Positions 21,034-30,932 are shown, counted from the stretch's first letter. The stretch: 64,000 bases of DNA from Candidatus Saccharimonadota bacterium (GCA_016700315.1 CP065013.1:641449-705448); one strand, 5' to 3'. The notes: generated by a model not told the origin, from the sequence alone. A program made the numbers and translations.

Positions 21034-23190
21034 GTGCAAGATGTATTAGAGGGACTTAATGACGAGCAAAAAAGGGCGGTCCAAACAACTGAGGGACCGC
21101 TTTTAATTCAAGCTGGCGCCGGTTCAGGCAAGACCAAAACCTTGACGCACCGCATTGCATATATTTTGCAACAAGGCTTAGCCCAGCCTGCCGAAATTCT
21201 GGCCGTGACATTTACTAACAAAGCGGCACGCGAGATGAGAGAGCGCATTGCTCACCTTATCGGCGGCAATCCGTCCGATCGATTCTTCTTGCCTTTCATG
21301 GGCACGTTTCATAGTGTCTGCGTTAGAATTTTACGCCAAGACGGTGAGCAAGTAGGTATTGCCAGAAACTTCGTTATCTACGATGAGCCTGATCGGACTA
21401 GTACCATCAAACAGGCCAGTAAACAACTACAAATAAACGATAAGGATTTTCCGGCAAATGTTCTTAGTCATATTATTTCCAGTGCTAAAAACGAAATGAT
21501 CGATCCGGCTGAATACGCTAGTCTTCCGGCCGGCTCACCAGCTCAACGAGTTGCCGCTCAAGTATACCCAGTTTACGAAAAGATCAAAAAAGAAGCTAAC
21601 GCACTGGACTTCGACGACCTAATTGGCTACACCGCAAGAATGCTGATTGATTCCAATGAGATTCGCTCGAAGTGGCAAAATCAATTTAAGTACGTTTTAG
21701 TCGATGAGTACCAAGACACCAACGGTACGCAATATAAGCTACTAAAGCTACTACTAGGAAAACACCAAAACATCGCCGCCATAGGTGACGACTGGCAATC
21801 AATTTATATGTTTAGAGGCGCGGATTTTCGAAATATATTACGGTTCGAAAAAGACTATCCCAACACTACGATTATCAAACTGGAACAAAATTATCGCAGC
21901 ACCAAACATATTTTGGACGCCGCTCATTCGATTATTACCAAGAACCAGCAGCGCAGCGATAAGAAGTTGTGGACGGCAGCTGCTGGCGGTAAGCCCGTTC
22001 AGGTTGTGGCTGTTGGCAGCTCGCGTCAAGAGGCTGAGACTATTGTCCGCCACGTCCAAGCAGCAGCCGGAACCGGCGCAAGAAACTACCGAGATTTTGC
22101 CATACTTTACCGCACTAACGCTCAAAGCCGTTCGCTAGAAGAAGTTTTGATACAGTACGGTGTGCCCTACCGCATCGTTGGAGGAGTGCGTTTTTATGAC
22201 CGTAAAGAGATCAAAGATATTGTTGCCTACCTTAGGCTTATTTATCAGCCAAATGATCGTGCTAGTTTTGAGCGCATAGTTAATGTGCCTACCCGTGGAG
22301 TTGGGGCAACATCAATCGCTAAGTTTTATGAATGGGCGGCAAGTACCGGCATGAGTTTGAGTCAGGCGCTCGAGCATGTAAGCCAGTCAACAGTCACAGC
22401 AAAGGCACTTAACGGGCTAGTAGAGTTAAACAATCTGATTACTCGCGCCAGAGAGAACATGGAAGAGATTTCAGCCTCAGAAACACTAAGGTTAGTGCTG
22501 CAGCGCACAGATTATCTTGACTATCTTGATGACGGCACGCCAGCTGGCGAGGCCCGCAAAGAGAATGTCAAGGAACTACTCAGTGTTACTCGCGAGTATT
22601 CTGAAGTTGGGTTGGCGGGGTTTTTGGAAGAAGTAGCGCTGGTCAGCGACGTCGATAAAGCAGATTTTGATGCCGATGCGCTGACGCTCATGACACTTCA
22701 CGCTGCCAAAGGCTTGGAATTTCCAGTGGTCTACATGGTTGGCATGGAGGAAACAATAATGCCGCATAGTCGTGCCATGTACGATGCCGGTGAGCTTGAG
22801 GAGGAAAGGCGGCTTTGCTACGTAGGTATGACCAGGGCGCGCGAAGAACTGTACTTGGTGCATGCTGCCTCAAGGCTACTTTATGGGGGATTACAGCATA
22901 ATCCGCCATCGCGATTTCTGAGCGAAGTCAGCGGTGAGGAAGTCCGTAGTGCTGGTTTTGGTAATTCTTTTGACAGTGGTGCTAATGCTAACTGGACACA
23001 GAAGTTAGGCGGAAAGATCAGTCAAGAACCCCGTTATGCGCCAGAGTTGATGGAAGGAGACCGTGTTCGACATCAGCTTTTTGGCGAAGGTGTAGTTGTT
23101 GAGTTGGACGGAGACAATGCGGCAATCTATTTCAAAAATAAAGGCACCAAAACGCTCAACATTACTTTTGCACCACTAGAGAAGCTTTAG
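21034..23190 (+). CDS. pcrA: ATP-dependent DNA helicase, UvrD/PcrA family
   Basis: AGAGSGKT (Walker A), VDEYQDTN, TLHAAKGLEFP, YVGMTRAREEL. Confidence 0.9.
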   Translation: MQDVLEGLNDEQKRAVQTTEGPLLIQAGAGSGKTKTLTHRIAYILQQGLAQPAEILAVTFTNKAAREMRERIAHLIGGNPSDRFFLPFMGTFHSVCVRILRQDGEQVGIARNFVIYDEPDRTSTIKQASKQLQINDKDFPANVLSHIISSAKNEMIDPAEYASLPAGSPAQRVAAQVYPVYEKIKKEANALDFDDLIGYTARMLIDSNEIRSKWQNQFKYVLVDEYQDTNGTQYKLLKLLLGKHQNIAAIGDDWQSIYMFRGADFRNILRFEKDYPNTTIIKLEQNYRSTKHILDAAHSIITKNQQRSDKKLWTAAAGGKPVQVVAVGSSRQEAETIVRHVQAAAGTGARNYRDFAILYRTNAQSRSLEEVLIQYGVPYRIVGGVRFYDRKEIKDIVAYLRLIYQPNDRASFERIVNVPTRGVGATSIAKFYEWAASTGMSLSQALEHVSQSTVTAKALNGLVELNNLITRARENMEEISASETLRLVLQRTDYLDYLDDGTPAGEARKENVKELLSVTREYSEVGLAGFLEEVALVSDVDKADFDADALTLMTLHAAKGLEFPVVYMVGMEETIMPHSRAMYDAGELEEERRLCYVGMTRAREELYLVHAASRLLYGGLQHNPPSRFLSEVSGEEVRSAGFGNSFDSGANANWTQKLGGKISQEPRYAPELMEGDRVRHQLFGEGVVVELDGDNAAIYFKNKGTKTLNITFAPLEKL

Positions 23191-23245
23191 CCCGCAGTAT
23201 CTATGGGCAACAAGCTCTATAGACTAGGCTATAATAAAACTACAA

Positions 23246-24463
23246 ATGAAATTTTTGCACAACAAAAAATTTGATACTTTCAATTTTCGCCATCCATACT
23301 TGTTGCCGACGGTAATGGTATTTGGTTTTGTTATAGCGGTTCTGGGGGCTTTTGTGGCTTATGGAGGGGAAACAATCGGCGCCAAAGATACGCGAATTGT
23401 AAAAATAACTGCCGACAACTCAATCCGTGAAGTACCGACTCGTGCCAAAACCGTCGGCGAGCTTCTCAAAGCCTCGAGCATAGAGATCAAGCCAACCGAC
23501 AAAGTCGTGCCAGGTATAGACACGCCAATTATCGAGGACAAACAAGAGATTGTGGTTTATCGTTCAAGGCCAGTTATAGTAATTGACGGAGCCAATCAGT
23601 ATGACGTTGTCAGTGCCGAGCAAGACCCCAAAGCGGTCGCCGCAGCTGCCGGTTTAAGTTTGGGCGACAAAGATATCGCTGCCAGTCAGGCTTCAGACGA
23701 ACCGCTTAGTAGTGGTTTGACCGCCGAAAAAATATCAGTTTTTAGAGCCATACCAGTAACGGCTATACTTTACGGTAAGATTTCGCAGTACAACACTCAG
23801 GCTAAAACAGTGGCCGAGTTTTTAAGAGAGAACCAAATTACTCTCAACGAAGGTGAGACGACTCAGCCAGAAGCAATCTATGCGGGGATTACGGCGGGTA
23901 TGCTGATTTCTGTGAATAGTAAAAACACCAAGATAGTTTCATCTGTCAGACCAATCCCATTCTCTATCGAAACAAAAACAGACCCTAGTTTGTCCCCTGG
24001 CCAGTCAAAAGTTATTAGTGCCGGTGTGGCGGGAGAGCGCGCTGTGATATACCAAGTAAGTTACGATGGCGACAAAGAAGTCGGAAGAGTTGAGCTGAGC
24101 ACGGTTACGACTAGGCCGCCGATCAATGAGGTGCGGGCCAAAGCTTCATTCCTACCTTCTACTCTTTCGGTCTCTGGCGATAAGCAGGCCTTAATGGCGG
24201 CGGCAGGTATTGCGCCAGAGTATTATGGCGCAGCTGACTATATCATAAGCCGTGAATCTGGCTGGCGCCCGGGCGCCGTGAATACCAGCAGTGGCGCCTA
24301 TGGTCTGTGCCAAGCGCTGCCAGCCAGCAAAATGGCAACAGCCGGTGCGGATTATCTCACCAACCCCGTCACTCAGCTGATCTGGTGCACTGGCTATGCT
24401 AATGGACGATATGGTGGCTGGGGGGGAGCCTACCAAGCCTGGCTCGCCCAACACTGGTGGTAA
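23246..24463 (+). CDS. membrane-anchored cell-wall hydrolase-like protein (DUF348 repeats, G5, Apf/IsaA-type transglycosylase-like C-terminus)
   Basis: N-terminal TM, repeated DUF348-like segments (TVGELLKA, TVAEFLRE), a G5-like segment (SAGVAGERAVIYQVSYDGDKEVGR), and C-terminal YIISRESGWRPGAVNTSSGAYGLCQALP. Confidence 0.65.
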   Translation: MKFLHNKKFDTFNFRHPYLLPTVMVFGFVIAVLGAFVAYGGETIGAKDTRIVKITADNSIREVPTRAKTVGELLKASSIEIKPTDKVVPGIDTPIIEDKQEIVVYRSRPVIVIDGANQYDVVSAEQDPKAVAAAAGLSLGDKDIAASQASDEPLSSGLTAEKISVFRAIPVTAILYGKISQYNTQAKTVAEFLRENQITLNEGETTQPEAIYAGITAGMLISVNSKNTKIVSSVRPIPFSIETKTDPSLSPGQSKVISAGVAGERAVIYQVSYDGDKEVGRVELSTVTTRPPINEVRAKASFLPSTLSVSGDKQALMAAAGIAPEYYGAADYIISRESGWRPGAVNTSSGAYGLCQALPASKMATAGADYLTNPVTQLIWCTGYANGRYGGWGGAYQAWLAQHWW

Positions 24464-24701
24464 GGGATATTTGCCGCGATCTTTTCTAATTAACAATAAA
24501 ACTTCTAGCTCAGTCAAATATCTCTCACCCATATTACATAGCTCACTGCAAATTGATTCTGCCAAGCTAATTCTCTCGTAAACTGAAAAGGCCCCGGGTA
24601 TTATAAAAATATGTTCAATACCACGCCGATTATTTAGAAGAAGGCTCTTGAAAGATAGCAGTGTTTAATGTAAATATATACTTAGTAAACAGGAGATCAG
24701 A

Positions 24702-25031
24702 ATGAGCACTGTAGAAACATATTATGACCAGGGTATAAATCATGAGATATTGAGCGCCGTTAGTTCATCACCTGTTCAGGTAGGAGCAGCGATTAGGGCT
24801 GACAGAGAGATCGATATGTCACAGGTGGTCTTTGGGTATATTGGAGATCGTAAAGTGAACCAAACCCAGAAGGAAGAAGCTATACATGAGATTATGGGAG
24901 GATTGTTGATGCAAGGGCAAGCTAACTTTTATGCTATTGTTCGGTTTCCAAAACTACACAAAGCAATGGGTAGATTTGTTATTGGTAATCGACTTTATAA
25001 AACTCCAGCAAAAGTCGTACTCGAAGATTAG
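24702..25031 (+). CDS. hypothetical protein (109 aa)
   Basis: ORF with RBS AGGAG 7 nt upstream. No motif recognised. Confidence 0.45.
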   Translation: MSTVETYYDQGINHEILSAVSSSPVQVGAAIRADREIDMSQVVFGYIGDRKVNQTQKEEAIHEIMGGLLMQGQANFYAIVRFPKLHKAMGRFVIGNRLYKTPAKVVLED

Positions 25032-25037
25032 TTTTTA

Positions 25038-25847
25038 GTGAGTGCAAATAAAATCGCTTCTGAACCTAAAAAAGCTCTTGGGCAGCATTGGCTTAATGAT
25101 GAGGTTGCTCTCAAGGCTATTGTTGATGCTGCCGAAGTCGTTTCTGAAGAGACAGTATTTGAAATTGGGCCGGGGCAGGGAGTTTTAACAGATGAGCTTT
25201 TGGCCCGGGGTGCCAAAGTTACTGCTCTTGAGTTCGACAACGAATTAGTCAAAAACTTGTTCCTAAGATACGCTATAGCAGAAGATAGGAACACGGAAAA
25301 TCGAGTTAAAATTTTAGAGGGGGACATCAGGACTTTTGATCTGAGGCAGTTACCCGCAGGCTATAAGATCGTGGCTAACATTCCTTATTATCTGACGAGT
25401 AATCTTGTTAGACTGCTCGGTGAGTCGAGCAATAAGCCTGAGCGGGCAGTGCTACTTGTGCAAAAGGAAGTAGCTGAGCGGATTTGTGCCAAACCGGGTC
25501 AAATGAGCATGTTAAGCGTGGTAGCGCAGTGGTATTTTGAATGCTCGCTGGGTGTAGTAGTTCCTGCTAAATCGTTCACCCCACCACCAAAAGTTGATAG
25601 TCAAGTTGTGATCATGAAGACTAAGATAGCGGCCAGTAATGTTGATGAAAAAAGTTTTTTTCGGTTGGTCAAAGCCGGTTTTTCAGAAAGGCGCAAAACT
25701 CTTTTGAATTCACTGAGTGGCGGACTGGGTCTAGGCAAAAACCAAGTCGAAATTATTCTGAAACAAGCCAAAATCGAACCAAGTCAGCGCGCACAAACCC
25801 TGTCGATCGAAGATTGGCTGAATCTTTATCGAGCCTTCTCTTCTTAG
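25038..25847 (+). CDS. rsmA: 16S rRNA (adenine1518/1519-N6)-dimethyltransferase
   Basis: LGQHWL, EIGPGQGVLT (SAM motif), ANIPYYLTS. Confidence 0.9.
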   Translation: MSANKIASEPKKALGQHWLNDEVALKAIVDAAEVVSEETVFEIGPGQGVLTDELLARGAKVTALEFDNELVKNLFLRYAIAEDRNTENRVKILEGDIRTFDLRQLPAGYKIVANIPYYLTSNLVRLLGESSNKPERAVLLVQKEVAERICAKPGQMSMLSVVAQWYFECSLGVVVPAKSFTPPPKVDSQVVIMKTKIAASNVDEKSFFRLVKAGFSERRKTLLNSLSGGLGLGKNQVEIILKQAKIEPSQRAQTLSIEDWLNLYRAFSS

Positions 25848-25897
25848 ATACTACCTAGCCGGGTTGCTTTATACCGAGGGGGGGTTAATATCAAAAA

Positions 25898-25940
25898 ATG
25901 TCAACATAAAAACCTTTGGTCGTGGTTTTTATGTTGACAT
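25898..25940. promoter_or_regulatory. perfect 17-bp inverted repeat (possible operator or terminator) upstream of the MFS gene
   Basis: ATGTCAACATAAAAACC, 9 nt, GGTTTTTATGTTGACAT. No strong T-run follows. Confidence 0.35.
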
Positions 25941-26020
25941 CGGTATTAATCACAGGAGTGGAGGGATCGGCGCTAAGTTAATCCTGGCGCATAAGTTATA
26001 ATTGGTTGAAGGAGAAAAAG

Positions 26021-27304
26021 TTGAAGAACAAACTACAGAAAAAAGCACCTAGTCCTTTGACTGCTGTCTTTACGACGATTTTTATAGACCTGCTCGGAGT
26101 CGGAATTTTGATACCAGTCATGCCGCTACTGGTAACGCCTGGGGAATACCGGATCACACCAGATTACTGGAGTATTAAGGGTGGGTTTATACTGCTCGGC
26201 TGGCTTACTGCTGCTTACCCGATTGCACAGTTTTTGGCCGCACCGATTCTTGGACAACTATCTGACCGTCATGGTCGAAAGCGAGTTCTGGCTTACTCAA
26301 TCTTTGGAACGGCGGTCGGCTACGCGATATTCGCTTACGGTATTTTATCTAAAAATATAGGCTTGCTTTTCTTGGGTAGAATAATTGATGGTCTTACCGG
26401 CGGTAATATTTCGGTTGCACAAGCTGCGGTGAGCGATGTCTCTACACCCGCTAACCGCGCCAAAAACTTTGGCCGAGTTGGGATGGCCTTTGGACTTGGT
26501 TTTGTGATTGGACCATACATCGGCGGCAAACTAGCCGACCCAAGCGTTGTAAGCTGGTTTCATACTTCTACGCCGTTTTGGTTTGCGATGTTTTTGAGTC
26601 TGGCCAACACGCTTTTCGTGCTATTTAAGTTTCCTGAGACTCACAGCAAGCCTTCGGGCGAGCCGATGGATTGGGCTCGTTCTATTACCAATGTTCGTCA
26701 TGCTGTGACCATGCCAGGTGTACGTGCTGTAATGCCGACAGTTTTCCTTTTTACTGGCGGTTTTACGTTCTTCACGACTTTCTTTGGAGTGATTTTGCGT
26801 CAAAAGTTTGGTTTCTCGCAAGGAAACATCGGCGACTACTTTGCCTATGTCGGAATTTGTATTGCTGCCGCTCAAGGATTGGTAGTGGCTGTGGTATCCA
26901 AAAAGCTGAAGGATTATCAGGTACTAAGATTTGCTGTCGCCGGAACGGCTGTGGCCTTGGCGCTTTACGCCTGGGTGTCGAACTATCACTGGCTGTTTGC
27001 TGTAGCGCCGCTGATGGCAATTTTTAACGGATTGTCTTTTGCTAATATGCCAACGATTGTTAGCCGAGTCGCTCCAGATGGCAACAGGGGGGAAGCACTT
27101 GGCATATCGTCGAGCGTGCAGGCACTGGCTCAAGGAATTTTGGCGGCTATGTCGGGCTATATTGCTTCTATTAGCCAGTCAAAAGTCGTATTAACTGGCG
27201 CGGCAGTTGTGCTGCTTGGACAAATCGCTTTTTGGGTATTTTTTGACCCCCAAAGACATCGTAAAACCGAGCACGATCATCCTGAATTCGCTGGTTCACA
27301 CTAA
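26021..27304 (+). CDS. MFS transporter (drug:H+ antiporter-like)
   Basis: Motif A GQLSDRHGRKRVL and about 12 TM helices. Start is uncertain: TTG at 26021 follows AAGGAG, and the track start at 26006 lies 3 nt after a TATAAT. Confidence 0.8.
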   Translation: MKNKLQKKAPSPLTAVFTTIFIDLLGVGILIPVMPLLVTPGEYRITPDYWSIKGGFILLGWLTAAYPIAQFLAAPILGQLSDRHGRKRVLAYSIFGTAVGYAIFAYGILSKNIGLLFLGRIIDGLTGGNISVAQAAVSDVSTPANRAKNFGRVGMAFGLGFVIGPYIGGKLADPSVVSWFHTSTPFWFAMFLSLANTLFVLFKFPETHSKPSGEPMDWARSITNVRHAVTMPGVRAVMPTVFLFTGGFTFFTTFFGVILRQKFGFSQGNIGDYFAYVGICIAAAQGLVVAVVSKKLKDYQVLRFAVAGTAVALALYAWVSNYHWLFAVAPLMAIFNGLSFANMPTIVSRVAPDGNRGEALGISSSVQALAQGILAAMSGYIASISQSKVVLTGAAVVLLGQIAFWVFFDPQRHRKTEHDHPEFAGSH

Positions 27305-27307
27305 TCA

Positions 27308-27487
27308 CTAGCGAGTCTGACGACTAAATACTAGACCGTCTGGACTAAATGCCTCTTTTAGGGTCGGCGCAAAACCTCTTAGAGCTACTCCCGCGACTTG
27401 CGCAAAAGTTATTACTTTTAAGCCGGTTTCGTGAATTAATCCGTGTACAGGTACTCCGTCAGGACTTTTGTAGGCTTCGTGGGGCAT
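27308..27487 (-). CDS. possible small protein (59 aa, below the track cutoff)
   Basis: Hand-translated as MPHEAYKSPDGVPVHGLIHETGLKVITFAQVAGVALRGFAPTLKEAFSPDGLVFSRQTR*. A weak AGGAA lies upstream. No motif recognised. Confidence 0.25.
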   Translation of the reverse strand: MPHEAYKSPDGVPVHGLIHETGLKVITFAQVAGVALRGFAPTLKEAFSPDGLVFSRQTR

Positions 27488-27597
27488 TTTTGTGTTCCTT
27501 TATATAATAATTTTGTAATACTCCTTATGTTTATGCTTGTCAAGTGCACATCGCCTGAGGCATACTGTGTTCATAAACAATCGGAGGGTTAAAAAGC

Positions 27598-28353
27598 GTG
27601 GAACAGGATAAAAAAACGAAACTAAGTATTTCGCTCGATTATAAATGGCTAAGTTTGTTTTTGGCTGCTGTTATTGCTGCTATGCTAATCGTCTGGAAAC
27701 CTTGGCAATCAAAGGCTGACAGCGGCAGTCGGACGATAGATGTAACTGGCCAGGCTACAGTTAAATCTCAGCCAGATCAGTTCGTGTTTTATCCATACTA
27801 CGAGTTCCAAAATACCAATAAAGATGCAGCACTCGCTCAGTTGAAAGCAAAAAGCACCGAGCTTGTGGCAAAACTCAAAGAGTTGGGTGTTGAGGACAAA
27901 GATATCAAGACTAACAGTGATGGCTATGACAGATACTACTTTGCGCCAGATTCAAGCAACACGCCAACTTACACCTTGCGGCTAGAAATTACAAACAACG
28001 ACAAAGATAAAACTCAAAAAGTTCAAGACTATTTGGTCAGTACGTCTCCAAAAGGTGCTGTTTCGCCACAAGCTGGTTTCAGTGAAGCAAAGCGTAAAGA
28101 ACTTGAGAGCCAAGCTCGCGACGAGGCTACCAAAGATGCTCGCAAAAAAGCCGATCAATCTGCCAAAAATCTTGGGTTTAGTGTAGGTAAGGTTAAGTCG
28201 GTTAGCGATGGGGCTGGTTTTGGCGGTGTTATGCCAATGTACGCCGAAGATAGTATCAAGGCTGTTGCTCCAGTAGCAGACTCAACTCTGCCCGTTCAGT
28301 CAGGTCAGAATGAAGTCAGCTATAGCGTCTCAGTAACTTACTTTTTGAAGTAG
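27598..28353 (+). CDS. SIMPL/DUF541-family secreted protein
   Basis: N-terminal TM or signal. GQATVKSQPDQ near the N-terminus and LPVQSGQNEVSYSVSVTYFL at the C-terminus fit the SIMPL pattern. Confidence 0.7.
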   Translation: MEQDKKTKLSISLDYKWLSLFLAAVIAAMLIVWKPWQSKADSGSRTIDVTGQATVKSQPDQFVFYPYYEFQNTNKDAALAQLKAKSTELVAKLKELGVEDKDIKTNSDGYDRYYFAPDSSNTPTYTLRLEITNNDKDKTQKVQDYLVSTSPKGAVSPQAGFSEAKRKELESQARDEATKDARKKADQSAKNLGFSVGKVKSVSDGAGFGGVMPMYAEDSIKAVAPVADSTLPVQSGQNEVSYSVSVTYFLK

Positions 28354-28423
28354 TATCGTTAGGGGCGGTAGCCCTCCACTCCGGCAATGAAAAAAGCCCG
28401 ATCAAAAGATCAGGCATTTTTCA

Positions 28424-28769
28424 TGGAGGAGCTGGCGGGTACCGCCCCCGCGTCCGTCTGTTAACTTATTGGATGACTACAAGCTTAGTTTGTTTAATTT
28501 TCTTTCCTTAAGTTAACTCTTAACAAACAAAATGTTAGCTAAAGGGCAACTTGATAATCTTAGCTTTACTCCTCAAATAGTGGAGCAAAGAGCGTTCAGA
28601 AAATTTGGCGCTAATAATTCTCTATCTGACGTCGAAAATATAGCGGCTGTCTAAATAATTAGGCAGCTTGTGCAGCGAACTGGCGAGCATTAAGTATGCT
28701 GTCAATTGCGCTAGCTAACTTAGATTTTGCATCTAGTTTTTTGATCCGGCTAAGGTGCAGATCAGCCCC
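28424..28769 (-). ncRNA. ssrA: tmRNA (ssrA)
   Basis: Minus strand starts GGGGCTGA. It ends GGACGCGGG-GGCGGTA-CCCGCCAGCTCC-T-CCA (compare E. coli GGACGCGGGUUCAACUCCCGCCAGCUCCACCA). The 5'/3' ends form a 7-bp acceptor stem with G3:U70. An internal frame ends ...NARQFAAQAA-TAA (stop at 28659-28661). A hairpin plus T-run terminator follows. Confidence 0.75.
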
Positions 28770-28978
28770 GCTTGCCATTCCAACTTATTAAACTAACGTC
28801 GAGCTTAAATTCAGCCCCTAGTCGTATGCTGCGCACTATCAATCGTCAAGAGCTTTGATATTGTACCCTTGCACACTCCTCTCAAGTTTACGAAATATCG
28901 CAAAAAATGAGAATAGTTTTATTATAGCACAAAGCTTGAGCAATTTCAAAAATAGAAAGTTTCTGGTACTTTAGAGGA

Positions 28979-29416
28979 ATGAATTACCCAGAGCAGTTTA
29001 GTCAGTTACGAGAGCTTTTGGCACGATTTCCAGACAATCCAGCCGATGATTGCGTCGAAACCTTTAATCAGATATCTGCTAACCTCTGGCCCTATCTATC
29101 TCAAACATTCGCGTTAAAAATCGGTAGAGCTGTGCTAAATCTGCCCTCGACTTACCGCGACGGGGAAGGCTATAAGCTGCCAAGAGACCGAGTCAATACC
29201 ACTGATATTTTAATTGTTGGTGACACTAAAACTAAAGTAGAGATAGAATCATTTGGAGCGGCCTTAATTGGTCCGATTGTTGTAGTAGAAAGATATTTCA
29301 ATATTCCGATTAAATCAACTAAATATGATAATATAACCGGTCTCTGGCCAGTTAATAGACAGCTCAAACAGAGGCCATCATTGTGGTGGATTGCAGGTGG
29401 TGGATATAATACTTAG
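28979..29416 (+). CDS. hypothetical protein (145 aa)
   Basis: ORF only. Confidence 0.4.
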   Translation: MNYPEQFSQLRELLARFPDNPADDCVETFNQISANLWPYLSQTFALKIGRAVLNLPSTYRDGEGYKLPRDRVNTTDILIVGDTKTKVEIESFGAALIGPIVVVERYFNIPIKSTKYDNITGLWPVNRQLKQRPSLWWIAGGGYNT

Positions 29417-29417
29417 C

Positions 29418-29594
29418 ATGAGTACAACCTCCGAAAAATGTCAGCAGAAACTGAGCTTTGACAGCAAGAAAGCGGCTATGACAGCTGCTACAGTTGCGAG
29501 CTTCCAGCATCATAGAGGAGAAAAAACCAAGCTGAAAGCCTACCAATGCAAGTCTTGCCAACTATGGCACTTAGCTACTAAATGGTTGGCCTAA
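29418..29594 (+). CDS. possible small Cys-containing protein (58 aa)
   Basis: MSTTSEKCQQK...YQCKSCQLWHLAT. An internal ATG is preferred over the overlapping track start. Confidence 0.3.
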   Translation: MSTTSEKCQQKLSFDSKKAAMTAATVASFQHHRGEKTKLKAYQCKSCQLWHLATKWLA

Positions 29595-30601
29595 TATTTT
29601 GTTGTGAGTTTGTATGCGGCGTATTTTAGGTCGGAGCCAGAGCTAAAACTCGCTCCATTGTATAGTACTGCTCCTGACTTGCCGCTAGATATATTGTAAG
29701 CAACAGCCGCTCTGACGCCTGTTATTGTACCAGTGTGACCCCAACCGCCAGGCATTTTCATTAACCCTAATCCATAAGCAGAGTTAGCAGTTGAACCCTT
29801 CATCGCCTGAGATGATAATGTTGGGCTAAGTAACTTCTTAAATGCGATGGGTAGTATAGATGCAGCATGTGGTGTTAAGAACCAAGCACCGGCTGGACCG
29901 AGAGCTTTATTTTTCCATGCCGCATAGCCATAGTACTTAAAATCCTGGGTAGTTAAAGCTTGCTCCGAATTAAGCATATACTCAGCAGAGCCGAGTCCAA
30001 GAGGCTGAAAAACCTTTTCGCTAGCCGCTTGTAGGTATGGTTTTTCAGCTTTTTGATCGATGAGTAAGCCTAGTATGGTGTAGTTAGTGTTTGAGTACTG
30101 ATAGGCGCGGCCTGGAGTGCTCTGTAGGCTAATGCTGGTTGCATTCTTAGCAATATTTCGCCAGTCGTAGTTATACTTTGCAGCCGTTGTTTGGCTGAAA
30201 TACCAGTTCTTTGAAACCTGAATACCGCTGGTATGATTCAGTAGCTGCCTTACTGTAATTTTGTTCCATCTAGTGTCGCTGGGTTTTTTCATTGTGCCGG
30301 CCGCCAGTTGGCCGATAAAAGGCGAGTCGAGACTAATTTTGCCCTCGTCTACTAAACTTAGAACTGTAAGCGAGGTTATCATTTTTGACACGCTAGCAAC
30401 GCCATAGCGCGTATTCGGCGAACTATTGAGGCAGGTTGATGATAAATCTGCTGCTTTTGTTGCGCCACTAAACTTAGAAACATTTACGCCGCTTGCAGTC
30501 ATGTAACACGAGCTAAGAGCCAAAACGGGGCTGGCAGCTATATTTATCAAAACCGATAACGTGACAATAAGTGTGGAAACGACACCAAAAAACTTCTTCA
30601 T
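29591..30601 (-). CDS. beta-lactamase-family serine hydrolase (PBP/DD-peptidase-like), probable lipoprotein
   Basis: SVSKMIT (SxxK), YSNTNY (YxN), GHTGTITG (HTG triad). Signal peptide with lipobox-like LSSC when started at the ATG at 30601. Confidence 0.75.
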   Translation of the reverse strand: MKKFFGVVSTLIVTLSVLINIAASPVLALSSCYMTASGVNVSKFSGATKAADLSSTCLNSSPNTRYGVASVSKMITSLTVLSLVDEGKISLDSPFIGQLAAGTMKKPSDTRWNKITVRQLLNHTSGIQVSKNWYFSQTTAAKYNYDWRNIAKNATSISLQSTPGRAYQYSNTNYTILGLLIDQKAEKPYLQAASEKVFQPLGLGSAEYMLNSEQALTTQDFKYYGYAAWKNKALGPAGAWFLTPHAASILPIAFKKLLSPTLSSQAMKGSTANSAYGLGLMKMPGGWGHTGTITGVRAAVAYNISSGKSGAVLYNGASFSSGSDLKYAAYKLTTKY

Positions 30602-30690
30602 AAACACAAGTATAACAGAAAAACCTAGAATTGCAAAATAATTGTTTAACAATGTGCGGTCTGGAGGGATAATGTGCTAAAATATAGTTA

Positions 30691-30722
30691 AACCAAATGG
30701 CTCTTTAGCTCAGTTGGTAGAG
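30691..30722 (+). repeat. tRNA-Phe 5' fragment plus 8-nt upstream flank, copy 1
   Basis: AACCAAATGGCTCTTTAGCTCAGTTGGTAGAG matches 31071-31102 (one flank mismatch), then diverges into GTGAGAAAGTCCAGTGGA... Confidence 0.85.
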
Positions 30723-30900
30723 TGAGAAAGTCCAGTGGATCCGCCAGCTGGCGGATCGCAAGGCCGGAAACTAATTTTGAACTTGTTTAAAATTAGTTGA
30801 GGCGGGGTCGCAACTGATTTGCTTGCAAGTCAGATTGTAACGAGGCCTGAAATTCGGCCGTCACTAGCGCAGAGACTGCTTTGTTTGTTAAACTAAAGCA

Positions 30901-30932
30901 AACCAAATGGCTCTTTAGCTTTAGTTGTGAGG
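30901..30932 (+). repeat. tRNA-Phe 5' fragment plus flank, copy 2 (degenerate)
   Basis: AACCAAATGGCTCTTTAGCTTTAGTTGTGAGG. Confidence 0.75.

Noticed and set aside
28362-28448. Long imperfect hairpin (GGGGCGGTA ... TACCGCCCC) considered as an SRP-RNA-like gene.
   Set aside because: It lacks the SRP domain IV motifs. It is composed of the tmRNA T-arm and 3' end plus a bidirectional terminator shared with the SIMPL gene.
28533-28776. Two ~40-codon ORFs (one on each strand) in the 28.4-28.98 kb gap, considered as a toxin-antitoxin-like pair.
   Set aside because: The region is better explained as the tmRNA gene. The minus-strand frame is the tag-encoding region.
30721-30739. GTGAGAAAGTCCAGTGGA (also at 36338-36356), preceded by a hairpin, resembles the RNase P RNA CR-I/P4 5' strand (GAGGAAAGUCC).
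   Set aside because: No complementary P4 3' strand (ACAGAA..CTGGCTTA) lies within a plausible distance. At the Gly locus the motif simply forms its own hairpin (AAAGTCC-AGT-GGACTTT). The motif is present twice as part of a repeated mini-element.
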